64,000 nucleotides of DNA from Octopus vulgaris (GCA_951406725.2 OX597836.1:17236001-17300000), one strand, 5' to 3'. Shown: positions 42,317 through 55,842, counted from the stretch's first letter. Notes: generated by a model from the letters alone, not told the origin. Numbers and translations: made by a program.

Positions 42317-42320
<4 letters not shown>
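42110..42320 (+). mobile_element. HHR-bearing element, family D
   Basis: GTTT CTGACGA A GAGC TCC GCTC GAAACGTT AGAA at 42183-42217. Ends GTTTGGATTAAC followed by (TA)n. Confidence 0.8.
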
Positions 42321-42371
<51 letters not shown>

Positions 42372-42375
<4 letters not shown>

Positions 42376-42556
42376 AGCCACTACACACATTTTTTCTCTC
42401 CTTGTTCTTCTCCTTGTTTTTTCTGTGTCCCTTTCTGTAGAAGAGCGTAGGCTTGAAACGTAAAATACTTTTTCTATTCCTGAGCGTTATACTAATACAT
42501 CTGTTTGTTTTGTACACCACCTGTCTTCGTCTTTTGTTTTTTCCGTAAACTCTCCC
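42372..42556 (+). mobile_element. HHR-like element, family E, in (TA)n
   Basis: CTTT CTGTAGA A GAGC GTAG GCTT GAAACGTA AAAT at 42431-42466. Homologous to 51748-52060(-). Confidence 0.72.
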
Positions 42557-42567
42557 TATATATATAT

Positions 42568-42663
<96 letters not shown>

Positions 42664-43287
42664 ATGTATGTATGTGTGTGTGTGTGTGTGTATATATGTG
42701 TGTGTATTTTCCAAAAAGGCATCCTAATATTGGTTAAGTTCAAATAAATGATGTTCTCTTTCCTATTATTCTAACAACATACGCGCACCACGCATACATG
42801 AATATATACATACACACATGCATAAATACATACACAGACACACACACTCCGCCTCCGCTGGAGAATCATTCTTATCGAACAACATCCTTGTATAGCATTG
42901 CAGTTACAATTACCGCCGATTACATGAAAGACTTGCGTGGTTCCCTCATACCGCCATCTTTTGTCTTCGCTAATATACCTTCTCCTCCTCCTCAACACAT
43001 CTCACCTACATATTTTCAGTGATTCTATTTGTGCACCACTAAGTATCATACAAATCCATTGCCCCCGCTTTTTTTTTCCTCACAATCCGTCAGCATTATT
43101 ACTTAATCACCCATAGCCATGTCAGAGACAGTCGGCCATATTGTGAGAATGACAATGTGTGACGTCATATACAAAAAAAAAAACAAATAATAAAAAGGAA
43201 ACGTTGGTCAGTTTTTATTTCTGCGATATTTACAAATGCCACTTTGTTTTCCTCTCTTTCTCAAGTTCGTATCACGTATGATTATTT

Positions 43288-43335
<48 letters not shown>

Positions 43336-43368
43336 TCGTTATTCCTTTCTTTCTTTCTTTCGTTATTC

Positions 43369-43405
<37 letters not shown>

Positions 43406-43428
43406 TTCCTTCCTTCCTTCCTTCCTTC

Positions 43429-43467
<39 letters not shown>

Positions 43468-43559
43468 ATAGTTTGTGGTTGTTATTGTTTTGTTGTTGTT
43501 GTTGTCGTCGTCGTCGTCGTCGTCGTTGTTGTTGTTGTTGTTGTTCTTGTTCTTCTTCT

Positions 43560-43642
<83 letters not shown>

Positions 43643-44494
43643 GTTTCTCAGTCTGCCTCTCTGTCTGTCTGTCCGCCCGTCCGTCCGTTGTTTGTTACAA
43701 ATTTTCTTCGGACCTGTGTATTAGTCTGTTTGGAACAATAAAGCTTCCAGATTCATTTTTATCAACATACTAGACTATATCAACCTTATCTTCAGGATTC
43801 ATAGTGGCGTAGAAGCATATTCTTCCAAACAAACTACATGGGTCTGCTATGCAGATACAAAACTCTTAATAAAGTTCGAACACACACACACACACACACA
43901 CGCACACACATATATAATTTACTAAGCACGTCTATCTCCGAATATGAGTTTGTATTTGTCCCTTACTGCCGCTTGATAACAGGCGTTTTTTTTTTGTTTA
44001 CGCTCTCGTAATTCAGCAGTTCGGCAAAAGAGACCGACAGAATAAGAACCAGGCCCTCTCAAAAAAAAACCTCCACACAAAAAAGAAACAAAAGCAAACA
44101 CAAAACCACAAGAGCCCAATTTGTTCTCACTACACTATTCAAGATGGTGTCCTTGCATGGCCGCTGTCTAATGACGGAAGCGAGTAAAAAGTGAAAGAAG
44201 ATACACTCACACATGCATGCACTTGCACCCGTACGCACTCACACACACATACACACACGAACACACACACACACACACATACATATAATGAAAAGAAGTA
44301 ATAAAAATGTTAGCAACGGGGGAAAAAATGCAGGCAGTAGAAACGGTTTTGGGAAAGTGGGAAAAATCTTTGAAGTCTGATGTTTAGAAGCAAGTATTAA
44401 ATGTCTGAAGATGTTGGTTGGATGTGTTTGATTTACGACTTTCTTCTGAAAATATGACGCTGCACTTATCTACTCTTATACACACCAGCTAGTC

Positions 44495-44538
<44 letters not shown>

Positions 44539-44606
44539 ACATATGCACAGCACGTATTCACTCACACAGACGCACGCACACACACATTTACATATACATG
44601 CATATA

Positions 44607-44643
<37 letters not shown>

Positions 44644-44650
44644 GTATACC

Positions 44651-44692
<42 letters not shown>

Positions 44693-44709
44693 TATACCTA
44701 TCAGTCAGC

Positions 44710-44776
<67 letters not shown>

Positions 44777-44903
44777 ACTCTCTCTTTCTATAATATGAGC
44801 GACCTATCGTTCTATATATTCTTAGATCACAGAATATATGATGTATAACACACATACACAAACTTATATGTATATATATATATGTGTGTGTGTGTGTGTA
44901 TAC

Positions 44904-45068
<165 letters not shown>

Positions 45069-45462
45069 GTGTGTGTGTGGGTGTGGTTGTGTCTGTGTGT
45101 CTTTGGTCGGTGAGTTGCCTCGTTGTTGTTGTTGTTGCCTTATTTATGATTGTTGTCTATTCGCGAAGGAGTGGCTTTCAGCTGTTCAGGGCCACCGCCT
45201 TTAACATGTCTGTTGCTGCTGCACTGAAAGTCCATCCATTTTGCACTGAACTACCGCCATAATTATTTCGACTAAGATTCCAAGAATGATAGATCTCGCC
45301 ACGCCACGCCATCCGTCCACCCCCCATAAGAGCAACAACTACACGAACAAGAAGAACAAGGGAACTTTTGGTATATTTGAAATTAGAGATTGATGCTTGT
45401 GTTACACAAGGTCGTCCTTAGGTTAGACTTAACAATTGCCGCTCAGTATTAGTAGCCGTGCT

Positions 45463-45655
45463 AAGGCGGTGAGCTGGCAGAATCGTTTGCGCATCGAAGA
45501 AAATGCTTAGCAGCATTTCTTCTGATTCTTTACGTTCAGGGTTCAAATTCCTCAGAGGTTGACTTTTGCTTTTCATTTTTTCGAGGTCGATAAAATAAGT
45601 ACCAGTTGAGCCCTGAGGTAATCGACTGGCTCTCTTCACCAAAATTTCAGGTCTC
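45463..45655 (+). mobile_element. SINE family B, diverged
   Basis: AAGGCGGTGAGCTGGCAGAATCG...GGTTCAAATTCC...GTCGATAAAATAAGTACC. Confidence 0.8.
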
Positions 45656-46283
45656 ATTGTCTCAGGAACAGGGGGGGGGGGTGCATGAGGTGTAGGCGCA
45701 CCCCATTAAAAATTTGTCGTGGGCAATGAAAACACTTTGAACATTCTCTTGCCAAAACGAACGATCGTTGACTGACTTTTGGATTGATTTGAAGTATTAC
45801 TCTTCCATTATTATCTCTTATGTTGTTGTTTGTCTTTCCGACTGCCGAGTCTTTCTTTTCCAGTTGTCGTGTGATCTCTACCACCTCCAAGTGGAAATTA
45901 ATATTTCTTTTTCTTATTTTTTATTCCCCATTTTTGTTCCTTATCCAGTAAAGAAAAATTATTTCGACGATTTCTAGTTGTGTGTTATTTTAATTGTCAT
46001 GTCTTTATACAGGATGTAAATAGTAAAATAGTTTTATATAATCCAGACCTGAAGATTGGCAGTATAGTCGAATTGATATGGTATTGAATTTCCAGACCTT
46101 CTATTTCAGCAATACCGATAGATATATTGTCATGAAACGCGCGTAGTCTATATAATTTAATATATGATTCAGAATAATAATTGTAGATATTAATTTTGAT
46201 AAAAATTAATCTTATATATCTCCATCATAGATAAAGTCGTTCAATGTTGATTGAGTTGCTTGAAGGTGGTTCTGTCTCTTAAA

Positions 46284-46362
<79 letters not shown>

Positions 46363-46364
<2 letters not shown>

Positions 46365-46697
46365 CGGAGATGTACTCGCATAGCAAGTAATTTGATCTGA
46401 GATCGTGTGCTGAAACGAAAACAATTGCACCGTGGAAGGTGTTTGTAAGCCATTTAAGAAACACACAAAAGCCGTTCGATTCACTTCAACATTTAAGTTT
46501 AATTTGTCAAAATATTTTCGTCGCTAAAATCCGCGACCTGTTCACTGACAAAAATCCGTGCTGCACAGATTTTTGTCAGTGAACAGGTCGCGGATTTTAG
46601 CGACGAAAATATTTTGACAAATTAAACTTAAATGTTGAAGTGAATCGAACGGCTTTTGTGTGTTTCTTAAATGGCTTATAAACACCTTCCACGGTGC

Positions 46698-46701
<4 letters not shown>
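46363..46701. mobile_element. Palindromic HHR-bearing element in (TA)n (139-bp arms, centre 46562)
   Basis: 46423-46561 is the reverse complement of 46563-46701, with two mismatches seen. There are about 60 unpaired bp on the left and (TA)n on both flanks. Confidence 0.9.
46572..46621 (+). ncRNA. Putative minimal type I hammerhead ribozyme with G3-C8 core (mirror copy at 46503-46552 on the minus strand)
   Basis: TTTGTCA GTGAACA G GTCGC GGATTTTA GCGAC GAAA ATAT TT TGACAAA. 7-bp helix I, 5-bp helix II, palindromic AATATT helix III. Confidence 0.7.
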
Positions 46702-46748
<47 letters not shown>

Positions 46749-46752
<4 letters not shown>

Positions 46753-47500
46753 GTGGGTGAAAAGTAAGTAGGCATTAAAAATTTGTGATAAAATCCATAT
46801 TCCTTTTACAAATTTTTTGAAATTTATGATGCAAGTTCATTATTAGATGGGAAAATGAAGATAAATCTTTCAACGTAAGCATTGGTGGCGTCAACCTGTT
46901 TCCTCAAACAGCCAAGGATGGAATGAAAAACCTTCTGGAGGACGTCATCTGGGATATCATTGAGAACCACCTGAATCCGTGTCTCCAAGTCCTCCGGTGT
47001 GTGAAGTTTTGTCTTGTACACCTCCTGTTTGTGTAACCCCACAGATAAAAATTACATGGAGTGAGATCTGAACTTCAGGACTTCTGAACTTCTGCGGTCA
47101 TAGTCTTCAGGTTCTAGACCCTGCACGCAATGGTGCTTCCACAGACGAAAATTCTATTCTTTAGGCAACAGCGGACGTAATTTTTGTTTTGCTGGTCCAC
47201 TTTCACGAGCTGCTCTACGTGTTGATTTTTGCGGGCTGCGATTAAACATTTCCTGCACTATTGTCGCGTTCTCCGCTGATCAAGATGTGTTGGACGGCGA
47301 ATTCTTGCATCGTTCAAAGAGCCCGTGGTTATCAGCTTTTGCATGATACACTTTTTATTGTCTCCCGGACGTAGTGTTGCGTGCTTACCTTTCCACGCAC
47401 GCCACCATCTCTGAATCAAAACAATGGAATTCCACACTTCATAACGAGCTGCTATTTTAGCTCGCTCCTGAAGAGTCAAGCGACCGGTCATCTGGAAATT
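46749..47500 (-). mobile_element. Tc1/mariner-superfamily transposase remnant (DUF4817-type N-terminus)
   Basis: LQERAKIAARYEVWNSIVLIQRWW...KLITTGSLND, and C-terminal SDLTPCNFYLWG / KQEVYKTKLHTPEDLETRI. TA-CAGAGTG terminus. Confidence 0.8.
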
Positions 47501-48160
47501 TTAACCGAATGGAATAACATTGTTGTTATTATTGTTCAAAGAGTGATTAGCGTTAATAATATCACTGTTATTGTTTTCATTAAGTGGATTTGTATTTAAC
47601 AACTTATTGTTATGCGAAGAAATGATTGTGAAAGGTTTCACAAATCATGTTAACATATCAATAAAAGCCACAATACTGGGCTTAGTAAATAAATTTGCTC
47701 TCTAAAGGAACATAATAAACAATTCGATTTAGAATGGAAAATTCTATCTAGATCCTTCCCATATGACAAAGGTAAATCTTTTTGTCTGCTCTGAAACGAA
47801 GAGCAATTTCTCATCCCTTTCTCGGAGTATATATATATGTGTGTGTGCGCGCGCGCGCGCGTGTGTATAAGTGTGTGTGTGTGTGTGTGTGTGTGCATGC
47901 CTTTATGTCTGTTTCTCTTTCAGCACCACTTGACAATCGGTGTTGGTGTGATAGCACCCCCGTAAGTTAGCAGTGCGGCATGAGGGATACTAGGCTTAAA
48001 ATAAGTCATGGGGTCAATTTGATCGACTAAAACCCTTCCAGGCAGTGCCCCAGCATGGCTGCAATCAAATGACTGAAACAAGTAAGAGATAAAAAATAAA
48101 CGATACACATTCACACATACACACACATATATATATACATACATATATGCATACATGCAC

Positions 48161-48193
<33 letters not shown>

Positions 48194-48329
48194 AATGTTT
48201 ATGTAGATGTATGTGTATATGTATATATGTATATGTATATGTGTGTGTATGTGTTGTGTGTGTGTATGTGTGTGTATTTTTACATGGATGCATCTATTTA
48301 TATACATAGTATATATACTTCCGCACGTA

Positions 48330-48367
<38 letters not shown>

Positions 48368-50065
48368 CGGATACACATATATTTGTACATAAACCTATGC
48401 AAATACAAAGCATGTCACTCATTCAGACAGACAGACAGACTTTCACACATACACACACACACACACACGCATTCATATGATCATCAACCTACACATGAAC
48501 ATTAATTACTGAATATTATTATTATTATTATTGTTGTTATTGTTGTTTTATTGTTTGTTGTTTTTGTTGTTGTTCTTGATGGTGATGTTTGTATTAACCT
48601 TTCATATTAAGCCTCTTTGTTACAAAACCTGCTCTTTTACTCGGCGCCGCCACCACCACCACCACCACCACCACCACCACCATCACCACCACCACCGCCG
48701 CCACCACCACAACCACCACCACCACCACCACCACCACCACCACCACCACCACCACCACCACAACCACAACCACAACCACAACCACCACCACCACCACCAC
48801 AACCGCCACCACCGCCACCACTACTACAATCAGAGCCATCACCACTACTACAATCAGAGCCACCACCACCACCTCTGCTGCAACCGTTGCTATCGTCGCC
48901 ACTGCTACATCCTCCACCCCAAAAAACCGCCTCCGAGGCCACCTTCACCACCTTCTCCACCTCTCCATTCTCCACCACCACTACCACCACCACAACCACC
49001 ACCTTCGTCACCGCTAACACCACTACCTGCATCACCAGCAGCACCACCACCATCACCATCAGCAGGAGCGCAGCTGCAACACCATCACCATCACCATCAC
49101 CATCACCGCCACCGCCTTTCCCTGCATCATCAGCCTCCCCGCTGCCGCCATCTTTACAACTCCTTGTCCAAATATTTATCTAACACATCTGTTATCTTTC
49201 CTTCAGTTCGCTCGCTGTATCCTCCTTCTCTCCTATACACACATACACACACACACACACGCACATACATACACACATACATACATACACACAAACATAT
49301 ATATATATACATACATACACACAAACATATATATATATACATACATAAATACATACATACATACATACATACATACATACACACAAACAGATATATATAC
49401 ATACATGAATACATACATACATACATACATACACACATACATAAGCACATACACACACATACATACATATATATACATACATACATACATACATATAAAC
49501 ACATACACACACAGATACACATATACATATACATACATACATGAATACATACATACATACACATATATATACGTACATACATGAATACATACATACATAC
49601 ATACACACACATACATACATAAACACATACATATACATACATGCATACATACATACATGCATACTTATGGGTATATATTAATACATGCTCACATACCTAG
49701 ATATACGCATAAACACGTATATATATATACATTCACACATACACATATATAATTATATATATACATATATATATATACATATACATATATATATATACAT
49801 ATACACATAGATGCAGACATACAGATACATGCACATTTACATACATATACTCATATATGCATACGCACATATGTACACACGTGCATACATATATACATAC
49901 ATGCACACATATGTGCATACAGGCGGACATACGCAGACACACATACACAAGCTTACGCATAGACGTACATACAAGTACGTCCGCATTTAACTATTCTCAC
50001 ATACATCTTTCTCGTGTTCACTCTCTTTCTCCATCCTTCCCTCCTCTCTTTCTTTTTTCGCCACG

Positions 50066-50141
<76 letters not shown>

Positions 50142-50145
50142 CACA

Positions 50146-50182
<37 letters not shown>

Positions 50183-50900
50183 ACACACACACACACACTC
50201 ACACACACACACACACACAAACACACACACTCACACACACACACACTCACACAAACACACACACACACATACTCACACACACACATACACACACACACAC
50301 GCACACATTGGGCAAGTGTCTTCTACTACCTCGGGCCGACCAAAGCCTTGTGATTGGATTTGGTTAACGGAAACTGAAAGAAGCCACGCAAACAGACGCA
50401 AACACGCACGCACATACATACAAACACGCACACACATACACGCAGATACGCAAACACACACACACATACACGCAGATACGCAGACACGCACACACCATCT
50501 AATTGCCGGCTCTGTAGGAAGGGTCAACGGTCGAAGCCTTCACAAGAACCCCTATTTGTAAGTCAATATTTGAAGGATGGACGTTGGAGTTCCCGTGAGG
50601 AGATATAATCTGGGAAGAAAGATGTGGTCATAGTGATTAGTGCTGGGCCAGAGATGTATACAACAAGGGAGAAGGAAATACCAGTGGGTCAGTGGTGCCT
50701 AAGTTGAAGTGACATAATGACATGTGAATAGCCATTTCTGGGCAATGGGGGGTCAGCTATTATAGCAGCGGTAGCTGAAGAGAGAGGTAAAACACACACG
50801 CGGAAGAATATCTGTGAGCGCTTTTATGTCAGTCGTTGCTGGGCTCTCTCTGAATGCTGTCTAGGATGTACAAACAAATATACACATACTCATAATACAG

Positions 50901-51281
50901 TGGAGGCGCAATGGCCCAGTGGTTAGGGCAGCGGACTCGTGGTCATAAGATCGCGGTTTCGATTCCCAGACCGGTCGTTGTGAGTGTTTATTGAGCGAAA
51001 ACACCTAAAGCTCCACGAGTCTCCGGCAGGGGATGGTGGTGATCCCTGCTGTACTCTTTCACCACAACTTTCTCTCACTCTTACTTCCTGTTTCTGTTGT
51101 ACCTGTATTTCAAAGGGCCGGCCTTGTCACTCTGTGTCACGCTGAATATCCCCGAGAACTACGTTAAGGGTACACGTGTCTGTGGGGTGCTCAGCCACTT
51201 ACACGTTAATTTCACGAGCAGGCTGTTCCGTTGATTCGGATCAACCGGAACCCTCATCGTCGTAACCGACGGAGTGCTTCC
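50901..51281 (+). mobile_element. SINE group C (full length, tRNA-Arg-like head)
   Basis: GGAGGCGCAATGGCCCAGTGGTTAGGGCAGCGGACTCG...GGTTTCGATTCCC, body, and tail ending CGTAACCGACGGAGTGCTTCC. Confidence 0.88.
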
Positions 51282-51373
51282 ACTCATAATACATACATAC
51301 ATACACACATATACGTATGTATATCTACATCTATTAAGAAAAACACTCCTGAAACAGCTGTAGTAAGCCTCAG

Positions 51374-51471
<98 letters not shown>

Positions 51472-51747
51472 CATCCATCCATCCGTCTAGCCGTCCGTCC
51501 ATCCATCCATCCATACATACATCTACAGAAGTATGTTGATGCAAACAAGAAAATAGCACTCAAAATATGGGTATATGTGTATCGTTATTAATATTTAGCA
51601 GAAGCAAGAAAGTGAATCTTGCTCCGAGACTTTCGTTCGATTGATACGCACCAACGCTCGAAATTCTCAAACCTTGAGTCACTGTTTCTTTCCCCTGTTA
51701 AATACATACATACATACATACATATATAGATATATAGATATATATAT

Positions 51748-52060
51748 AAAGGGAAAGTTTACGAAAATAACCAAAAGACGAAGGCAGGTGGAGTACAAAC
51801 AAACAAATGTATTAGTATGGCGCTCAGGAATAGAAATAGAAAAAGTCTTTTACGTTTCGAGCCTACGCTCTTCGACAGAAAGATACACAGAAAAAAACAA
51901 GGAGAGAAACAAGGAGAGAAAAAATGCGTGTAGGAGCTAACGATCTATCATGGCATCCTGACTTCGGACAGTGGTTAGACGCGAGAGGGACAGTAGGGGA
52001 GATAACAGGGTCAAGTGACTTCCAATGCGAAGGTGCCCCCAACACAAAGGTGCGTGTGTG
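51748..52060 (-). mobile_element. HHR-like element, family E (longer copy)
   Basis: Minus strand TCTTT CTGTCGA A GAGC GTAG GCTC GAAACGTA AAAGA at 51846-51883. The 3' end abuts (TA)n. Confidence 0.75.
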
Positions 52061-52135
52061 TATAAGATATATATATAAGATATATATATATATATATATG
52101 AAAGGTTGACAACGACTACAAACTATCATCAATGT

Positions 52136-52178
52136 CAGTCTGACGAAGTCGAATATCGGTGAAACTTCGAAGTCGCAA
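52136..52178 (+). ncRNA. Putative (decayed) type I hammerhead motif
   Basis: CTGACGA A GTCGA ATA TCGGT GAAA CTTCGAAG TC. Canonical core, palindromic ACTTCGAAGT helix III, GUC triplet. Helix I is only 2 bp. Confidence 0.5.
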
Positions 52179-52269
52179 TCAACTTTTTACTTCTAGAATT
52201 GTTACATTTCACGATATGTATTTTTCCAGTCAAAGCTTAATCATATAAAACGCACTTTAACACGCGCGC

Positions 52270-52337
<68 letters not shown>

Positions 52338-52919
52338 ACACACACCATGCGTATATACACGTATATACATTAGGTACATTGATAAATGTACACGTGCAGA
52401 CATTCATACACACAAACATACATACATATATACATATTTATGTACATATGTGCATACATAGTTATAGATAGGTACATACATACACACACATATACACACA
52501 TACACATAAACGTATATAATGTATATATTTACCTACATACACACACACGCACGAATATATATAAAGTGCGAAAATGCTATAAATACATATATATATATAT
52601 ATACGTATAAATACGTGTACGTATTTAGATATGTGTATACATACATATGTATACATGAATATATGTCTATAGTTCTGTATACATACATGCATACATACAT
52701 ACATACACACATACATGCATGCATGCATACATACATACAAACATACATACATACATGCATGCATGCATACATATATACATACATACACACACATACATAC
52801 ATACATACATACATACATACATGCATATATACATACATACATATATACATATACACATACATACATACATACACACGCAAGCACACACATAAGTGCTCTT
52901 TCTCACACACTTTTTCGCT

Positions 52920-52950
<31 letters not shown>

Positions 52951-53512
52951 ACAGACAGACACACACACGCACACACACACACGCACACACAAACGCATCA
53001 TTCCATCGTGTTTTCTGGAAATTTCATCAAAAAGCCAAACGAAACAAAACAAAACAAAAAACACCCAGTTTTATCTCTCAGCTTTATCAGCAGAGAGAGA
53101 GTGATTTAGAGATGTAGTTTCTATTTCTAGCAGACTGGGTGACCACATACCGGATGTCTTTGTACTGACGTTGCTATTGTTCGTGATATTGTTATTGTTC
53201 CTGATAGGGCTTGGTATCAAATTGCTTGGTTCCGATCTTCTGTGGAATGGCGCCGACATTTCTTACCCAGCATCTCGTCAATAGATAATGGAGAGAATAT
53301 CTGACAATATAAGATGTACGCATGTACGCATGTACGCGTGTCTACATGCATGCATGTATATATGTAAGTATGTATGTATGTATGTATGTATGTATGTATG
53401 TATGTATGTATGTATGTATGTATGTATGTATGTATGTATGTGTGTTTAGTATGTATGTATATATGTATGCATGTAAACTATGTAAGCATGTGTATATGTA
53501 TATATATGTATA

Positions 53513-53574
<62 letters not shown>

Positions 53575-55460
53575 TATATGTATGAATGTATGCGTGCATT
53601 TGTGTATATATATATATGTGTATGTGTGCATATGTATATATGTGTGTATGTATGCATGTATGTGTACATGTATGTATCTATGTATATGTTTGTACGTGTG
53701 GTTGTGATTACATGATATACTATATATATATGTAGATATACATGATATATGTATATACATACATACATACATACATACGTACATACATATATATATGTGT
53801 ACATGTGTATCTGTGTACGGACGTGTATATGTCTATGTGTATGTGGTATAAGTATGTGTATGTGTATAAGTATGTGTATATGTATGCTTGTGTGCGCGTG
53901 TGTATGTGTGTATGTATGAATAGATTATTGTATATATCTGAGCATGTATATATATATGTATATATGTATATGTGGAAATGTATATGTATGTATGATGCAT
54001 GCATGCATAAATGCATATATGCATGCATGTACGTATATATATATATTTGCTTGTCTGAATATAAACTTACGTACGTGTGGTTAATAATTAGAATTCCTAA
54101 GTCATAATAATAAATTATAAGAAAATACACGCAACCATTTTATGGTTTTGGCGTACAGAAAAAAGTGAGAGATGATTCTTGATTCAACGCCCCGCCGTTT
54201 GTTGATCGCTCCTCCGAGAACACGCGCCGACTTTCCTCCTCAACAAAGGACATTGTGGTACATAAGATTATTTTTCACAGCTTTTATTAGCTGATAGATT
54301 TTATTTAAGTCCATAGATTCTTTATCCTAAATAATTGTCATTTATAAATTTTAATATATAACCTATATATGTTTTTAGCCTGTACCAATTTCAAGCTAAA
54401 GATCTTTAGATTCAAGAGAGTATTTGTAAATATTTATAGATAAAACATATATTGGTGAAATATTTTCAGCTGTCTATAAACACCATATTTCTTTATAGTG
54501 AATATATTTCCGTTTTCTTGTTTCAGTTTTTGGATTGTGGCCATGCTGGAGCACCGACATGAACGGTTTAGCCGAATAAATCGATCCCAGTACTTATGTT
54601 TTTTTTTAAAGCCTGGTACATATTTTATCTGTCATTTTTGCCGAACCGCTAGCTTACAGGGAAGTAAACAAACCAACGCCGTTTGTAAAATAGGTAGGGG
54701 GCAAACACGAAGACTCACACAATTTGATATACAATAGGCTTCTGCATATCCTCTGCAGACACAGACAGACACACACACACACGCGCAAACACACATACAC
54801 ACATACACAACACATACAAACATATACACATGCGTCGAGTTTCTATACACACTCCGTCTAAGAAATTGATTCATGAGGCATTGGTCTGCCCGAGTCAATT
54901 TTAGATCCGGAATCAAGCCCAATGAACCATAAATATATGTGCGTGTCTTTGTGCCTGTGTTTGTCCGTCAGCCACTTGACAACCGGTGGTGGTGTGTTTA
55001 CGTCCCGGTAACGTAGCAGTTCGGCTAAAGAGATCCGATAGAATAAGTACAAGGTTTCAATAACAGCAACAAAAAAAAAAGGAACTGCAGTCGATTTGTT
55101 CGACAAAAGAAGACCCTTCAAGGCGGTGCTCCAGCATAGCCGCAGTCAAAGGCCTGAAACGCATACTCATACACCCACACTCACTCACACGCACACACAC
55201 ATGCACACACACGTACTCACACACACACTCACTCAAAGACACATACTCTCACTCACACACATACACACACATATACACTCAGTCACACACACACATACTC
55301 TCTCTCACACACACACGCACGCGTGCACGCACACTCACACAAACACACACACTCACTCACACACACATACTCTCTCTCTCACACACACACACGCATGCGC
55401 ACACGCACACACGCACACAGACACAGACACACACGCACACAGACAAACACACACACACAC

Positions 55461-55491
<31 letters not shown>

Positions 55492-55494
55492 CTA

Positions 55495-55745
55495 GCACTT
55501 CGTCGGTTACGACACCAAGAGTTCAAGTTGATCCGATCAACGGAACAGCCTGCTCGTAAAATGAACACGCGTGCCCTTCATAACGTGATTCTTAGGGAGA
55601 TTCAGCGTGACACACCGAACTCCCAGCTGAGGGGGACTGGAGCAACGTGAAGTAAATTGTCTTGCTGATGGACAGAACATGCCGCCAGGAATCGAACTCA
55701 CGACGTTACGGTCGTGAGCCCAAAACACTGACCACTAAGCCATAC
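55495..55745 (-). mobile_element. tRNA-derived SINE, same family as 11686-12005
   Basis: TGGCTTAGTGG A box, GAGTTCGATTCC B box, shared tail. Confidence 0.78.
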
Positions 55746-55811
55746 AGATTCACTATTTACAAACACATCTATCCATCCATCTATCCACCTAGCCGTCCAA
55801 TATGCTGGTCA

Positions 55812-55842
<31 letters not shown>

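Noticed and set aside
48531-49544. Poly-Pro/poly-His ORFs resembling formin or extensin
   Set aside because: A (CCA)n tract open in several frames with no flanking domain or clear splice context.
50901-50975. tRNA-like sequences (also at 2549, 11686, 41720 and others)
   Set aside because: A/B boxes are present but there is no complete acceptor stem, and they continue into SINE bodies, so they are SINE heads rather than tRNA genes.
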